Assembly: GCA_905178155.1 (NCBI GenBank)
Contig: CAJINV010000006.1
Location: 4,754,921-4,818,920 of the forward strand
Length of the DNA stretch: 64,000 nt
Reading direction: 5' to 3'
From: Amoebophrya sp. A120
Lineage: Eukaryota; Protista; Dinoflagellata
Of the stretch, positions 1 to 10,800 are shown one piece after another; the first letter of the stretch is position 1; each line of letters opens with the position of its first letter. The position numbers and the translations under genes are program-made. The notes under the pieces are model-generated. The model did not search any database, was not told the DNA's origin, and saw only the letters and a list, made by a program, of their open reading frames with translations.

Positions 1-1
1 T

Positions 2-2968
2 CCGACGACCTCGTCCCGGTCAGCCCGTCGGGAAGATGACAACGACCCAGCGCTCCCACGTCTACTGCAACTGCCCTCCTACACTGCGTGTCCGCTGGCG
101 CCCCACCCGCGCGACGTGCCGTTTCCTGAAAAACTACTTTCGTGCTATTCGTATTCGCAGTTTGATGTTCCCCCGCGGCCACACAACTGCGATTTCACCG
201 AGAGGAATTCTTCCCAACTGCATCTGTCGAGACTGTATCAAAAATTTACCGACAAATACCAGCCACAGGACTGCCGTGTGCTGCACGCTCCCGGGGGGCT
301 ACCGCTCTCCATCTTGCGGCCCCGAACTGGCAGTGAGGACGCAACGGAGGGGGGGACGACATCGACACATGAGGAGCACTACGATTCGGGTTGTTACAAC
401 CTGCAGCAGCCCGAAGCCGAGCCACTTCCGAGTGCCGTTTCGTGGGGTGGGGCGACGGAGTCGGGGAGTACCACCGAAGGACCTGGTAGCAAAATCCCCA
501 TCCTGACTCTGGTGTGGGTACATTTTTACTCAGGATACTTGAAGATGTTGTTCCGACAGATGATCCACCCACGGTGTGTCGCTGCTGCATGGCGGTGATA
601 TCGAATGCAAAAGCATCGCACTCGTATAAATGCATTACAAATTGTTCACTTAGCAATACAAATTGAATCTGTAATGCGGATTTGCCTTGATAAAAAGATT
701 TGTAATGCAGAAACGCAATCAGTACGAGTACGATACTTTTGCACAGGATAGGTGAGCAAAGATGTTGATGATGGTGTCCCGGTCTTATGCATTGCAAATA
801 TGTCTGGGTCTGGAAACTTGTAATGCTAAAAGTGAATGAGAGTTCCACTGCAATACGGAGCCAAGCAAGACAAATTTTTTGGGCTCCTATGTGTTGCGTG
901 TTCCGCATGGCATAGCACACTGCGTTTTTGCATGACAGATGAGAGGACCGCTTCGTGCCCATGCATCACAGATTCTTGAGTCATGTCAGACACGCATGAC
1001 AAATGTAGGAATCTTCCAGATCCAAACATATGTGCATTTGATAGCTCTGCTGGTCATGCGGGGTCGTGGTGGCCAACATCTTCCCGGACGTACTCTGCCC
1101 GAGCGGACTCTGTATCAAATGCAAATATGTCTGGGTCTGGAAGGAGTCGTGCTGTTTTTGCATGACACAGAGGCTCTGGCATGCAAGCCCTAGCATCACA
1201 GGTTTGGAAAAGATTCCGCAATTATTAATCCTAATCCGCATGACAAATCCCCCACTTTGGTGGCAGTAAATCTTTTGCTGCCTACGCATGAGAGATTTGT
1301 GTGTTTTGTGAAATGCGCATCACAAGTTCACACCCTTCCAGACATCCAGACATATTTGCAATGCATACTCTGCAAGGCGGACTGAAAGGTCGGGGTGGAC
1401 CCGCGACTGGAGGTTTTCGAGCCAGGTAGTAGCCCGGTTATCGTGAGCAAAAACGTCCCCACACCAGAGTCAAGATGGGACATCTGCTAGACAAATCAAC
1501 CAGCTGTAGTTGCTTCGCATGACAAGTTTTGCCTCGTACTGCAATCCTGTTTGAGGTAGGTCAGCAGCATCACAGATCTGCCGATTCCAGCATCACAAAA
1601 TCCAAAACACGACTAGAAAATGCTTCTCATGGGGCTCCGCATGAGAAACTTTTTTGGCCCGCATGAGAAACTTCTCATGGGCTCCGCATGACCCACCCGC
1701 CCTGCGTGTCAAGCCATCTGCGGCCATGGTACAATGGGGGGGCAAAGTGTGTCGCATTTTGTTTAGCATGACAACTCTGGGGTGGGGACGTTTTTACTCA
1801 GAATACCGGTCTGGTAGGAGCGCACGGTGTAGTAATCCTGTTCATTCGGGCTGATGCTGGTCGAGCCTGCTACTGAGTGGCCGCTTGTCCCCGCCCGCAG
1901 GTTGGAGGGCGGCAGCGCTGGAGCGGCAGCGCGCTGAAACATGCTGGTCCACAGCCGCTTGGCGGTCACGGAGACGCAGCAGTTTACCGGCTCTTCCACA
2001 GAAACGCTGTGCTCTACTTGATGCCTGTCCCTCGCGGCTGCAACGGCAGCGCGTGCAGCCAGGTCCTGGAAAGATGAAGAAAAGTGGTCCTGCTCCTGTG
2101 GGGAGAAGCTTGTGCCGCTGTAGTCTTCGCCGAAGTCGGTTTGCGTAGAAATGCGACGAGTGATCCGACCACTCGGGACGTTTCGTGGGGTGGGGCGACG
2201 GGGTCGGGGAGTACCACCGAAGGACCTGGTAGTGATGCGGCAGCTGCATCTTGTTCGCCCACCAACAGGTACTCGATGGGCAGCCGTGGTTCTTGCGACG
2301 CTGCGTCCGCAGCATCTAGCAGTGCTGGTGGAGCAACGGGGTATATTGCAAATGCTCGCGCGCAGCACAAATCGAAATCCAGCTCTGCGTCTACAGACGG
2401 CAAGCCGCAGTTCCAATTTTTCTTCGGTACCAATCACGACCTGGATGTAGTAGTCCCGTCACCCAGAAAGAAAGGCATCACTCATCGTGGCAGCAGTGGT
2501 CCAGCTGGCATGGAGAAAAGCGACGAAGATGACAACGGGGGCAGCAGCAGCATTGAGATTGACCATGGTGACCGGGGTTGTAGTACCACCGGCGGCGCCG
2601 ACGTCGAGGAACCAACAGTAGCAGCAGCAGATGACCACCCAAAACCGCCACAACCAAAAGCAAAACCGGAACCCCTTCTGCTTCCCCTTTCCGCAAGCGA
2701 AAAGGCGAAAACCCGAAAAGTTCTGCTCAACACCCTCGTCGAGAGGAAACTGCAGCCCACGGACGCCCGGGTCCAGTCGCTCCGGGACGAAATCCATTCT
2801 CGCCGCGGGGCAATTGGGGTTTTATCGTGGGGCTACCCGTTCATCAGCGGTCACAAGAGCGGCTTTTTGAATGCGGCGATGCTTGACCCCCCCGCGGCGG
2901 TGCGACGTGGGTGGGTGGAAAAGCTGGGGGAACGGGCGGAGGAAGTTAAGAAGACCGTGCCTGTTTAG
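2..2968 (+). CDS. Hypothetical protein, 3' part (5' end outside window), interrupted by a 1.7-kb insertion
   Basis: Frame 2 is open from base 2 to 489 (...AVSWGGATESGSTTEGPGS). The same 54 bp recur at 2179-2232 in the same frame and continue to TAG at 2968. Deleting 1743 bp gives one ORF. Confidence 0.55.
487..537. mobile_element. Truncated terminus of a family B introner
   Basis: Matches the reverse complement of the first ~50 bp of 1439-1805; ends TTT-actcagg-ATA. Confidence 0.75.
599..750. mobile_element. Introner, family A
   Basis: TATcgaatgcAAAA...TTTTgcacaggATA; perfect 5-bp repeat GGTGA. Confidence 0.92.
786..1043. mobile_element. Introner, family C
   Basis: TATgcattgcAAAtatgtctgggtctgg TIR; repeats GGTCT/GCTCT. 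Confidence 0.87.
1113..1367. mobile_element. Introner, family C
   Basis: Family C TIRs; perfect repeat CTCTG. Confidence 0.92.
1439..1805. mobile_element. Introner, family B
   Basis: TIR aaaaacgtccccac.ccagagt; perfect repeat CCGGT. Confidence 0.92.
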
Positions 2969-3890
2969 AAGACATAGTTCGTTAATTTTTTCTACATGTT
3001 ATCTCGTTTTGTGGGCAACAGAATTTTCTGTTACTAAAGAACAAAAAACCATGGGTCCGTGTCCAGTTGTTGAGACCTTCTGGTACAATTTGAATTTTTT
3101 TTTTGCCGTGTGGTCATTGTGTTTGCTACAAACATCAATGCGATTTTTGTTATAAGCGAGGCTGAGTACAGGAGCACACCAGCTGGAAAATTTACCTGCT
3201 TCGGCACCCAGCATAGAAATGCCCCCAGAACAAGAAGATGAAGACATCTGGTTGCCGCCACTACTTTCATGTGAGAAACGACCGAAAAATCTGGTCGAGG
3301 GCAAGTTTTGATTGGGAAGTTTTTTTTCATAGCGAGGCCAGCAGGGATACTTGATATTGGCCTCCTGATTTTTCATCGTAGAACTCTATTTGTTGTACTT
3401 ACGGTACCACGATCTAGATTGCAGATGATACCGCAATAACAAAATGCACACAAAGAATACCAAGACCCCCGCGAACGTACAGCCCGCTTGTGTGAAAACG
3501 ACAGAGTTTTTGTTTCTAGGTGTTTTCGATCGTGTTTCCCATTTCCGTCGTTATCTCGTCGGTATTCGAGAGAGGTCAGCACCGTCGTGCTCCTCGAAAT
3601 TATTTTGGGCTGGAATTGAGTGACGAGTAAGTTGCTCGTGAAACCACGACCACTTTGCCTTTTTAGAGAGTAAGGAAGAAAAGTTCGACAAGACGACGAG
3701 AGAACCAAATACAAATCGTTATTCCGGCCGGGTGCAACGACAGCAGCTACTCGGATTTATATCATCGTATACTTGTCATAGTAGGACGAGAGGGCGAGGA
3801 GGAGCGCGAGCGCCATACAGACGCATCGTGTCAGAACAACAAAACTTTTTACTGAACCCTACGAACGAAGAAGGAGGCGTTCAATCGAAG

Positions 3891-6668
3891 ATGTCGATCA
3901 CGACCACCAAGCCGGCCCCGGTTCAGAAACCGGGAACAAAAAGCTGCACAGCTGCAATGAAGAAACCAACCACCTCCCACAAGTTCTCTTCCATGAAGAC
4001 CCCCGCAACCCCGGTTGTTCCTCTATCCACCAAAAAACAACCATCCCCATCCAATTTGTCATGCAAAACATGTATGAAGTCCTGTGTATGAAGTCCTGTG
4101 TCCGCCCGCCCCCCGGGGAGGGGATCCTTGACCTGTGGCGCTGGGTGCGGGTGTCCACTACATGATGATGATGATGCATAAAATGGATGGTGATGATTCT
4201 TTTTTCCTGGATATCCTCCGATCAAAACCTCCAAACTTCACGAGGAGCTCTGGAGCAAGTGGACGCCGGCGGAGAAGAAAGTTCTCGAGAAACTCAACAC
4301 CCCGGAAAAAATCCAGCTCTACCTGGACAACGAGATCAAGTACGGTGGGGAAGACGGCTGCCGGTCCATCCGGCACACCCTGAAAACGAAGGAGGCGCAC
4401 TGTCTCGGTGGGTCCTTGCTGTCCTACTACCTGCTTACCCGGCACGGCTACGAAGCCTTCTGCATCGGTTTGGAAGCCGTGAACGACGACTGTCACGCGA
4501 TTTGCGTCTACACGGTGACGAGCCCGATCTCCGGGAAGAAGTACTACGGAAGTCTGTCGAAGTCGTATCGACGGCAGAAGTAACGTACTAGTAATTTGAT
4601 CAGCACGAGAAATGAACTTTGTAAAAATGCTGGTTAGCGTACACGGATAGATCTGTCGTGCATGACTGCCCTTACTACGAGTACGATTTATACTTTTGCC
4701 ATGCATAAGTGGAACTTCACCCTGATCCGGTCCCGAGATGCAGTCTACTCCTCCCTCCGCGAACTGGTGATGAGTTACTGGGATTTCTACTTCAATACGG
4801 ACGGAGAAAAAACGCTGGTGTGCTACACGAAACCGTTCATATGAACTGCAAAGGTATGGTACTCGTATGAATGCATTACAAATTTCCTTAGCATGAGAAA
4901 TAACGTTTGTCGTGCGCATTTACCTTACGAAAAAAATTTGTAATGCATGACTGCCATTACTACGAGCGCGATACTTTTGCACAGGATAGCTCAAGGCGTT
5001 CACCGATTTCAAGGGGGTGAAGGGGAAGGAGGACAAGTTTTCCTGGATGTTCAACGAGTCCGGAAAGGATGCGAAATATGCATTGCAAATAAAGCGTCGT
5101 GGAGGTGTTGGTGTAACTGCAGAACAGCATGACAAAATTTTGAAAACGCAAAACTCAAAATCGTCACTTTGTCATGCTAGACCTGCCTACACCAAAGGTC
5201 CTTTGTATTGCACAGTCCTGCTCCATCAATCTGTAGTCAGATTACATTAACTAGCAATATGACACATAATGCTCCAATATGACATTTGACCAGGACGACA
5301 TGAAAAACCTGCCAAAACGCGCATTATCATATTGTAATATTGTCATATTGTCATAATGCATATTGCTCGCGACAGCCCGGCGGCTGAAAATTGGTCCCAC
5401 CCGACACGCTGCCGGCCAGGTGTTGCGATTCTAGGACCCTTTAGGCGGGTGCGTATGCATTTGCGGAAAATTTGGCGGGGCGATGAGCCGTACGCACTTC
5501 CTCCGCCCCTCTCGCCCTTGCCCAGGGGGCGTGGCGCTCGTGGCGTGGCCCCTCTCGCCCCTCTTGCAGCGTCGCATTTGTAGCGCGTCCTAGTGCACTG
5601 CAGCTTTTAGCACCAGCATCGCCCCGGCTCTGGGGCGTCATCGCTTATTGTACTCCGAAAGCACAACGCACGAAGCTGATCGCCACACCCACACCACAAA
5701 TAAAGCATTATGACGCAATGGCTGCTGAATTTTGAGCAATTGGATTCGCGTGCGGAATAGAATTCGCATGAGAGCGGGCGACCCGTGGCAAAGTCATTCG
5801 GGTCGCAACGGCCCAGGTCGCGCACATGTTCCTCTGGTTCGGACAATTGTGCCCTTTTCGCCGCCGCTAAAACAAAACGGAGGGACAGGAAGCAGGCCTT
5901 GCAGCGCCAGTAGTGCGTGGCGGGCGCTGCCGGGCCCGCTTTCGGGGGCGGGGGTTCCGACTTTCAACACCTTCTGGTCATTTTGCTCAAAATGCCGCAG
6001 TCATATTGTCATTTTGTCATATTGCCATATTGCATATTGGTAAAAGTGTCGAAATTTTGCTAGTTAATGTAATGTGTGTAGTTCGTCTGCGACGTGTAGT
6101 TTGTCCTGCATAAGCAGTACTGTGAGCAGGTGTTTGACGAAATGGACACGGTTTCGCTCTTTCCGGCGGAGGACCAGGCGGCTAAGAAGAAGATGATGAC
6201 GGCTTATGCAATACAAAAGTACACTCAGAAGGACAAACCGCATGACAAATTTACTTGAGTTTCAGCTACACAAATACGAGAGAAGAAGTTTGTCATGCAG
6301 GGACGCATCTACTGTTGGTGATGATGTTGTTGTACTTTTGAAATTGGATATCGCAATGAAGTCGCTGAAGTACGACACGCGGAAAGAGGGGAAGAAGCAG
6401 GAACACGTTTCGTGTTTTGGAAAATCCGTTTTTACCGCGCCGAAGATCTTGGTGGAGGGAGGGATATGAACTGCAAAACAAGTATCGTACTCGTATAAAT
6501 GCATTACAAATTTCCTCAGCATGATGAGAAATAAAATTTGTAATGCAGATTTGCCTTGGAAACAAGATTTGTAATGCAAGACTTGCATTGGCATTTGTAC
6601 GAGTACGATACTTTTGCACAGGATAAGGGACTCTGGACAGCAACCCGGATGGGCTGTACCAGTGCTAG
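3891..6668 (+). CDS. Transglutaminase-like / vasohibin-like cysteine protease, 307 aa, 7 exons
   Basis: Exons 3891-4023, 4219-4565, 4713-4839, 4994-5076, 6118-6204, 6356-6464, 6631-6668 total 924 nt in frame. Motifs LNTPEKIQ, AHCLGG, DDCHAI, GSLSKSN, VYSSLRELVMSY fit the vasohibin-like Cys-His fold (family recognised from memory). Confidence 0.8.
4024..4213. mobile_element. Introner, singleton family
   Basis: TATccaccaaAAA...TTTttcctggATA; perfect repeat TCCTC; restores VVPPIKT. Confidence 0.88.
4566..4707. mobile_element. Introner, family A-like
   Basis: Repeats AGTCG/AGTGG; restores SKSNFTL. Confidence 0.85.
4840..4988. mobile_element. Introner, family A
   Basis: Repeats GTTCA/GCTCA; restores KPFKAF. 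Confidence 0.88.
5077..6112. mobile_element. Introner enlarged by a nested MITE
   Basis: TATgcattgcAAA...TTTgtcctgcATA; repeat decayed (CGAAA/AGCAG) but the +5 rule restores DAKYCEQVFDEM. Confidence 0.75.
5238..6076. mobile_element. Nested non-autonomous TIR element, 6-bp TSD
   Basis: 17-bp IR attacattaactagcaa (5241-5257 / 6057-6073), termini CAG...GTG, TSD TGTAGT, subterminal GTCATATTG-like repeats. Confidence 0.8.
6205..6350. mobile_element. Introner, decayed
   Basis: TATgcaatacAAAAgtaca...tgtacTTTTgaaattggATA; +5 rule restores MTAMKSLK. Confidence 0.75.
6465..6625. mobile_element. Introner, family A
   Basis: Perfect repeat AGGGA; nearly identical to 21622-21776. Confidence 0.93.
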
Positions 6669-7880
6669 TGCAGTTGAAGGTGAGGACGAAGGTAGGAGCG
6701 AGTGCCGGAAAAATGCTTTCAAACTACGATGTAAAATGTAGATGTACTAGTATTTGCGTGTCTTTCACTGTTGATACAGATACTTACAGATACTGCAAGA
6801 AAGGCGGGCTTTACCGGAATCGAATTGATTTTCTTCCGACGATCGAGAGTTCGACTGTAAGATCAATGCTTTATTGTACGACCGTTGTAATTCTGTTTGT
6901 GACTGGACTGAAAATGCAATCCCACGCTTATGTCGATGTTTGGAACGAAAAGAAAACAAGTGTGGGCCGCTCATGTTTACTTGCCGCAGCTAGTAAAAGC
7001 ACACTTCTACTGTTTCATCTACTTTTCTCAAACCCAGTTTAGTCTCCTCAAACGGCCGCGAGCAAATGCTAGATTTCCACTCAAACCGCAAGCAATCGTG
7101 CCTGTTTTGTAAAGGTGGATGGTTAGGCTATGGCACAACAGCATATCAAATTTTCCCAGCACGGTTATTTTCGTTTTGACCACGACCTGGTTCCAAACCT
7201 ACACCCAAATGAACCTTTTCTGATTTTCCTAAATGCTCCTTGTATCTGGATTCGGATTTCAACCTGGAAGTAGGCGACCTCCATGCGCATCTGTCTGCAT
7301 GTTGCTGGTGTGCTAATGACCGTGTAGTAGAAGGTCCTACTTACAACTTCTCGCACGAACATGTTCATTGATAACGGGCCAAGGCTGACCGATGAATGTT
7401 GACGCGGTAACACCACAAAGATGTTGGCCAGAGATTCATGACTAAAGATCCTTGCCACAAGGCGAAGGCCACAGTGTCGCTGTTGTACGACCGAGCTCCA
7501 TAAGCTGCTACTCGTAGCCAAGACGAAAAAGAAGGCCAAGGCTAACGCGAATGAGAATGAGAATGAACATGATCCCTGAAATGGAAATCTAACTGGTTTT
7601 TGTGAGAACAGGATCCTTTGTTGTTTTTTGGAGATCCAGCTTCTGCTGCCCTGGCACAGGTGAGATTTCTTCCACCCCCCGGCGCTGCTGGATATGCAGT
7701 TCCTAGCTTCGCGACAGAAGCAAAAGCATCCATCATGTTGAGGCGCAAGCACGGTGACAGAACCGCCCGCCTCTCAGAAAATTGCGCCCCTGCGGCTTGC
7801 GGCAGGGACCAACCACTTTTGATGGTGTCGTGTTGAAGCACCACACGGCGCCGAGCGAGCAGCAAAATTTGAATTTCGTG

Positions 7881-10800
7881 ATGGCGAATACGTCAACGGC
7901 AGCCCCCGCGGGTCTCCTCCTGCGCTTGTTCATCTCTTCTCTCGCTTTACTGAAGGCGAGTTTGTTCCTGCTCGAGCTTCGTGCAATCGTGGCAACAGAA
8001 GTTGCCCCCGATGCCGAGAGCAACTACATGCAGCAAGGCGCCTCCAAGCCAGACAGTGACCGCTCCGCGCACGCGGATAACGAAGATGTTAACCCCAGAC
8101 AACTCCACCTTCACCCAACTCTCCGGGCATCAGGAGCTGCATCGGATTCGTCATCATCTAGAAGGGCACGACAGCCAGAGCAGGCAGATCAGGAAATTTC
8201 CGCAGGCCGGGACGACGCTCGAGATCATGCAGCAGGTACTGTACCGTCTACGTCTTCTGGCGCAGCTGCTGGGGCTGCTGCTGCTGCTGCACCACAGTTA
8301 TTGCCATCTTCCGACGAGAATCCAGAGGAGCAAGACTCGTCGGCTACTACTTCATCCGACGAAAACGACCACACACTTGTCCTCAACGCACCCGCAAATA
8401 TTCCGCCCGCACTACCGCCACCACCAACAGTACCGTACATGCTCTTTCCCTCCAGCACCACAACAACTAACGCGACCAATAATTTCCGCAACAAGGAACA
8501 GAAACGCTGGAAAAATTTCCGCTTGCAAGTCGAAAACACTTTCGACACAATCCTATCCGATGCAAAAGTATCGTACTCGTACAGATGCAAGACTTGCATT
8601 ACAAATCTTACTCCTAAGATAAATCAGCACTACAAATCTGATTTCTCATGCTGAGGAAATTTGTAATGCATTATTATACGAGTGCGATACTTTTGCAGTT
8701 CATAAATCCTAGAGAACTACAAATCAAAATTCCCCCAGGCGGGCCATGATTTAAAGAAAAAAATCCTCATTCAGCTGCACCGAAACAAGTACAAGATTCT
8801 GCAAACGGGAAGGTATGCATTGCAAAAGCATCGTACTAGTATCAATTGCAATACAAATTTCCTTAGCATGAGAAATGGAATTTGTCATGCGGATTTGCCC
8901 TAATAAAAAGATTTGTAATGCTGGTGCAAGACTTGCCTTTATACGAGTGCGATACTTTTGCAGAGGATAGGAGGCTGATGCTCGCGACGAGGCGGAAATA
9001 CGAGGAGGAACAGGAGGCGGAAGTGCAGTTGTATATGCAAAAAATGATGCAAGCGTTGCAACAGGGCGCGAGTGAAGTACAGAGCGAGCTAGTGGCCGCG
9101 GGCGTGGACGAACATGATCAAGGTGGTCAAAATCATCACGAAGTTCAAGTGCAACTTCAACTTCCAGTATTGCAATTGAACCTCGGGGCGGGCAAAAGAG
9201 CAGGGAAAACGATGATAAACCCGGTAGAACTAGAGGCCGCGTATTCTGCCGGTTTCGCAAATGCTCTCGTTCCCCCGAGCGGCGGCATAATTGCTGCTAG
9301 AGATGAAGTAGACCAAGCTTCTACTGGAGATCCACAATCAGAACAAGTTGATCCACAGCAGCTACAAAAGCTGATGCTGGATCTGTTGCTCAATACACAA
9401 GTCCAGGCGGCGATGGCGAAGGCGTTGTCTGGTTCTGCCGGCGGTCTGCAAGCAGGGGCTGTTGTTCCAGCTGCATCGTCTTCAAACGGAGATACTAGCG
9501 AAGGTGTCGTGCCAGAAGTGCCTGTCCTGCTACCGCAGCCGCAAATCCAGTTTCAGATGCTGCGACCAGGACATCAGGCCGCTGCGTCTGCACCTTTGCC
9601 GAACCAGCTCCAGTTGGAACAAGCGCAAAATGCCGGACTAGAGCTTTTTCACAATAACGCGCCTGGTATTGCGTTTCTGGTCAACACGGATGCGGAGGGG
9701 AAGCCGCAACTGGAGAAACTTAGCGACAGTGATGCTGCGCTCGCACTTGCCGATGTGGCCGTGGGGGCCGCGAGTGAGGGGACCGTGCTGAACCTTCTTC
9801 CACCTGGTGGTGACATAGCTGGGGCTGAGGCCGCATCTTCAGAGGAAGGACCTGCTGAGCCTACCCAATCTTCTGAAACAAAAACGACCGAAGATGGTCT
9901 TGAAAGCAGAGTCGACGACACAGCTTTCTTCACCCGGCCTTCCTCTCTAGATTCAGTGGCAGAGCCGTCAAAGGCACAGGCTGCTTCTTCCGGAGACGAA
10001 AGAACTCCGACCGCGAGCCAGGAGGCCGCACAACTGCAAAGAAATGATGTTGGAGTTGTCCCTGCGGCCAAAAACATCAAGAAACGCAAAAAAAGGCCGA
10101 CCAAAGCTAGAGCCGACGCCGACAACACTTCCCCCGCAACACCGAAATACCAAGGCAAAACGGAGCTGGACCTGGATGAGAAAATCAAACTTTTTCTGGA
10201 GCACGAAAAGATGAAGGATGATTTGAAAAAATCTGTCATGGCAAAGGTGAAAGCAACGATGCAGAAAAGGGTAGAAAAACTGTCGCTCATGGACAGTGCG
10301 GAAGATTTGCAATTGCTTCTTGATGTTGATACTACTTCGGGGAACCAGCATGTTGACAAATTTGCGGAGCAGCAGCACAAATTTTTTCTGGAGCAGCAAC
10401 GGGAGGAGGCAAAGAGAATGGTGCAGCAAAAGGCAGAAATGGAGAACAAGAAGCAGCATACGCAAGAGAAAGTTCTTTTACCACCACCTCCATGGACCAT
10501 GTGCGCGTCCAACTCCATAGCTAATTTGCGATGCAGCGTAAGACGTGTCGAGAGAAAGAGATCTGTCATGCGTTTTTTTAATTTTCAAGGAGTCGGGGTG
10601 GGGTAGATTTCCTGTCAATAACGCACGAAGAGGTAGAACTGGATGCGATGGATGATGACTCAAATGCTGAGGAGGAGAAGGACCAGAAGGATCAGCTTCA
10701 ACAGGATGAACTACCTCCTGGACGATCCGCGGACGTCATGAAAAAAGAAAGTCAAAGTCTCACCATCGACGCCGTAAAAAGCTTAGTCACCGAAAACGAC

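Larger units (their letters stand above)
538..2178 (-). pseudogene. Fragment of a Ser/Thr-rich gene with four introners, inside the insertion
   Basis: Removing elements 1439-1805, 1113-1367, 786-1043 and 599-750 (each +5 bp) gives an open minus frame ...QDYYTVRSYQTGLLPGSKTSSRGSTPTFQSALQSPLGQSTSGKMLATTTPHDQQ...VGTTSSS. Both ends are truncated. Confidence 0.6.
436..2232. repeat. 54-bp direct repeat (436-489 and 2179-2232) flanking a 1689-bp insert
   Basis: cgtttcgtggggtggggcgacgg(a/g)gtcggggagtaccaccgaaggacctggtag present twice, 1 mismatch. Confidence 0.9.

Noticed and set aside
538-1385. Cys-rich plus-strand reading VCRCC...VCWSC after splicing
   Set aside because: It hits TGA near 1383, while the minus frame stays open across all four junctions.
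599-1805. Repeat-spacer-repeat pattern resembling a CRISPR array
   Set aside because: The repeats are 150-370 bp TIR elements of different families, the spacers are exons, and there are no cas genes.
6142-6668. Separate ~69-aa gene starting at ATG 6142 (SVBP-like partner idea)
   Set aside because: It is in frame with the upstream exons across intron 5077-6117 and is better explained as the C-terminus of the protease.
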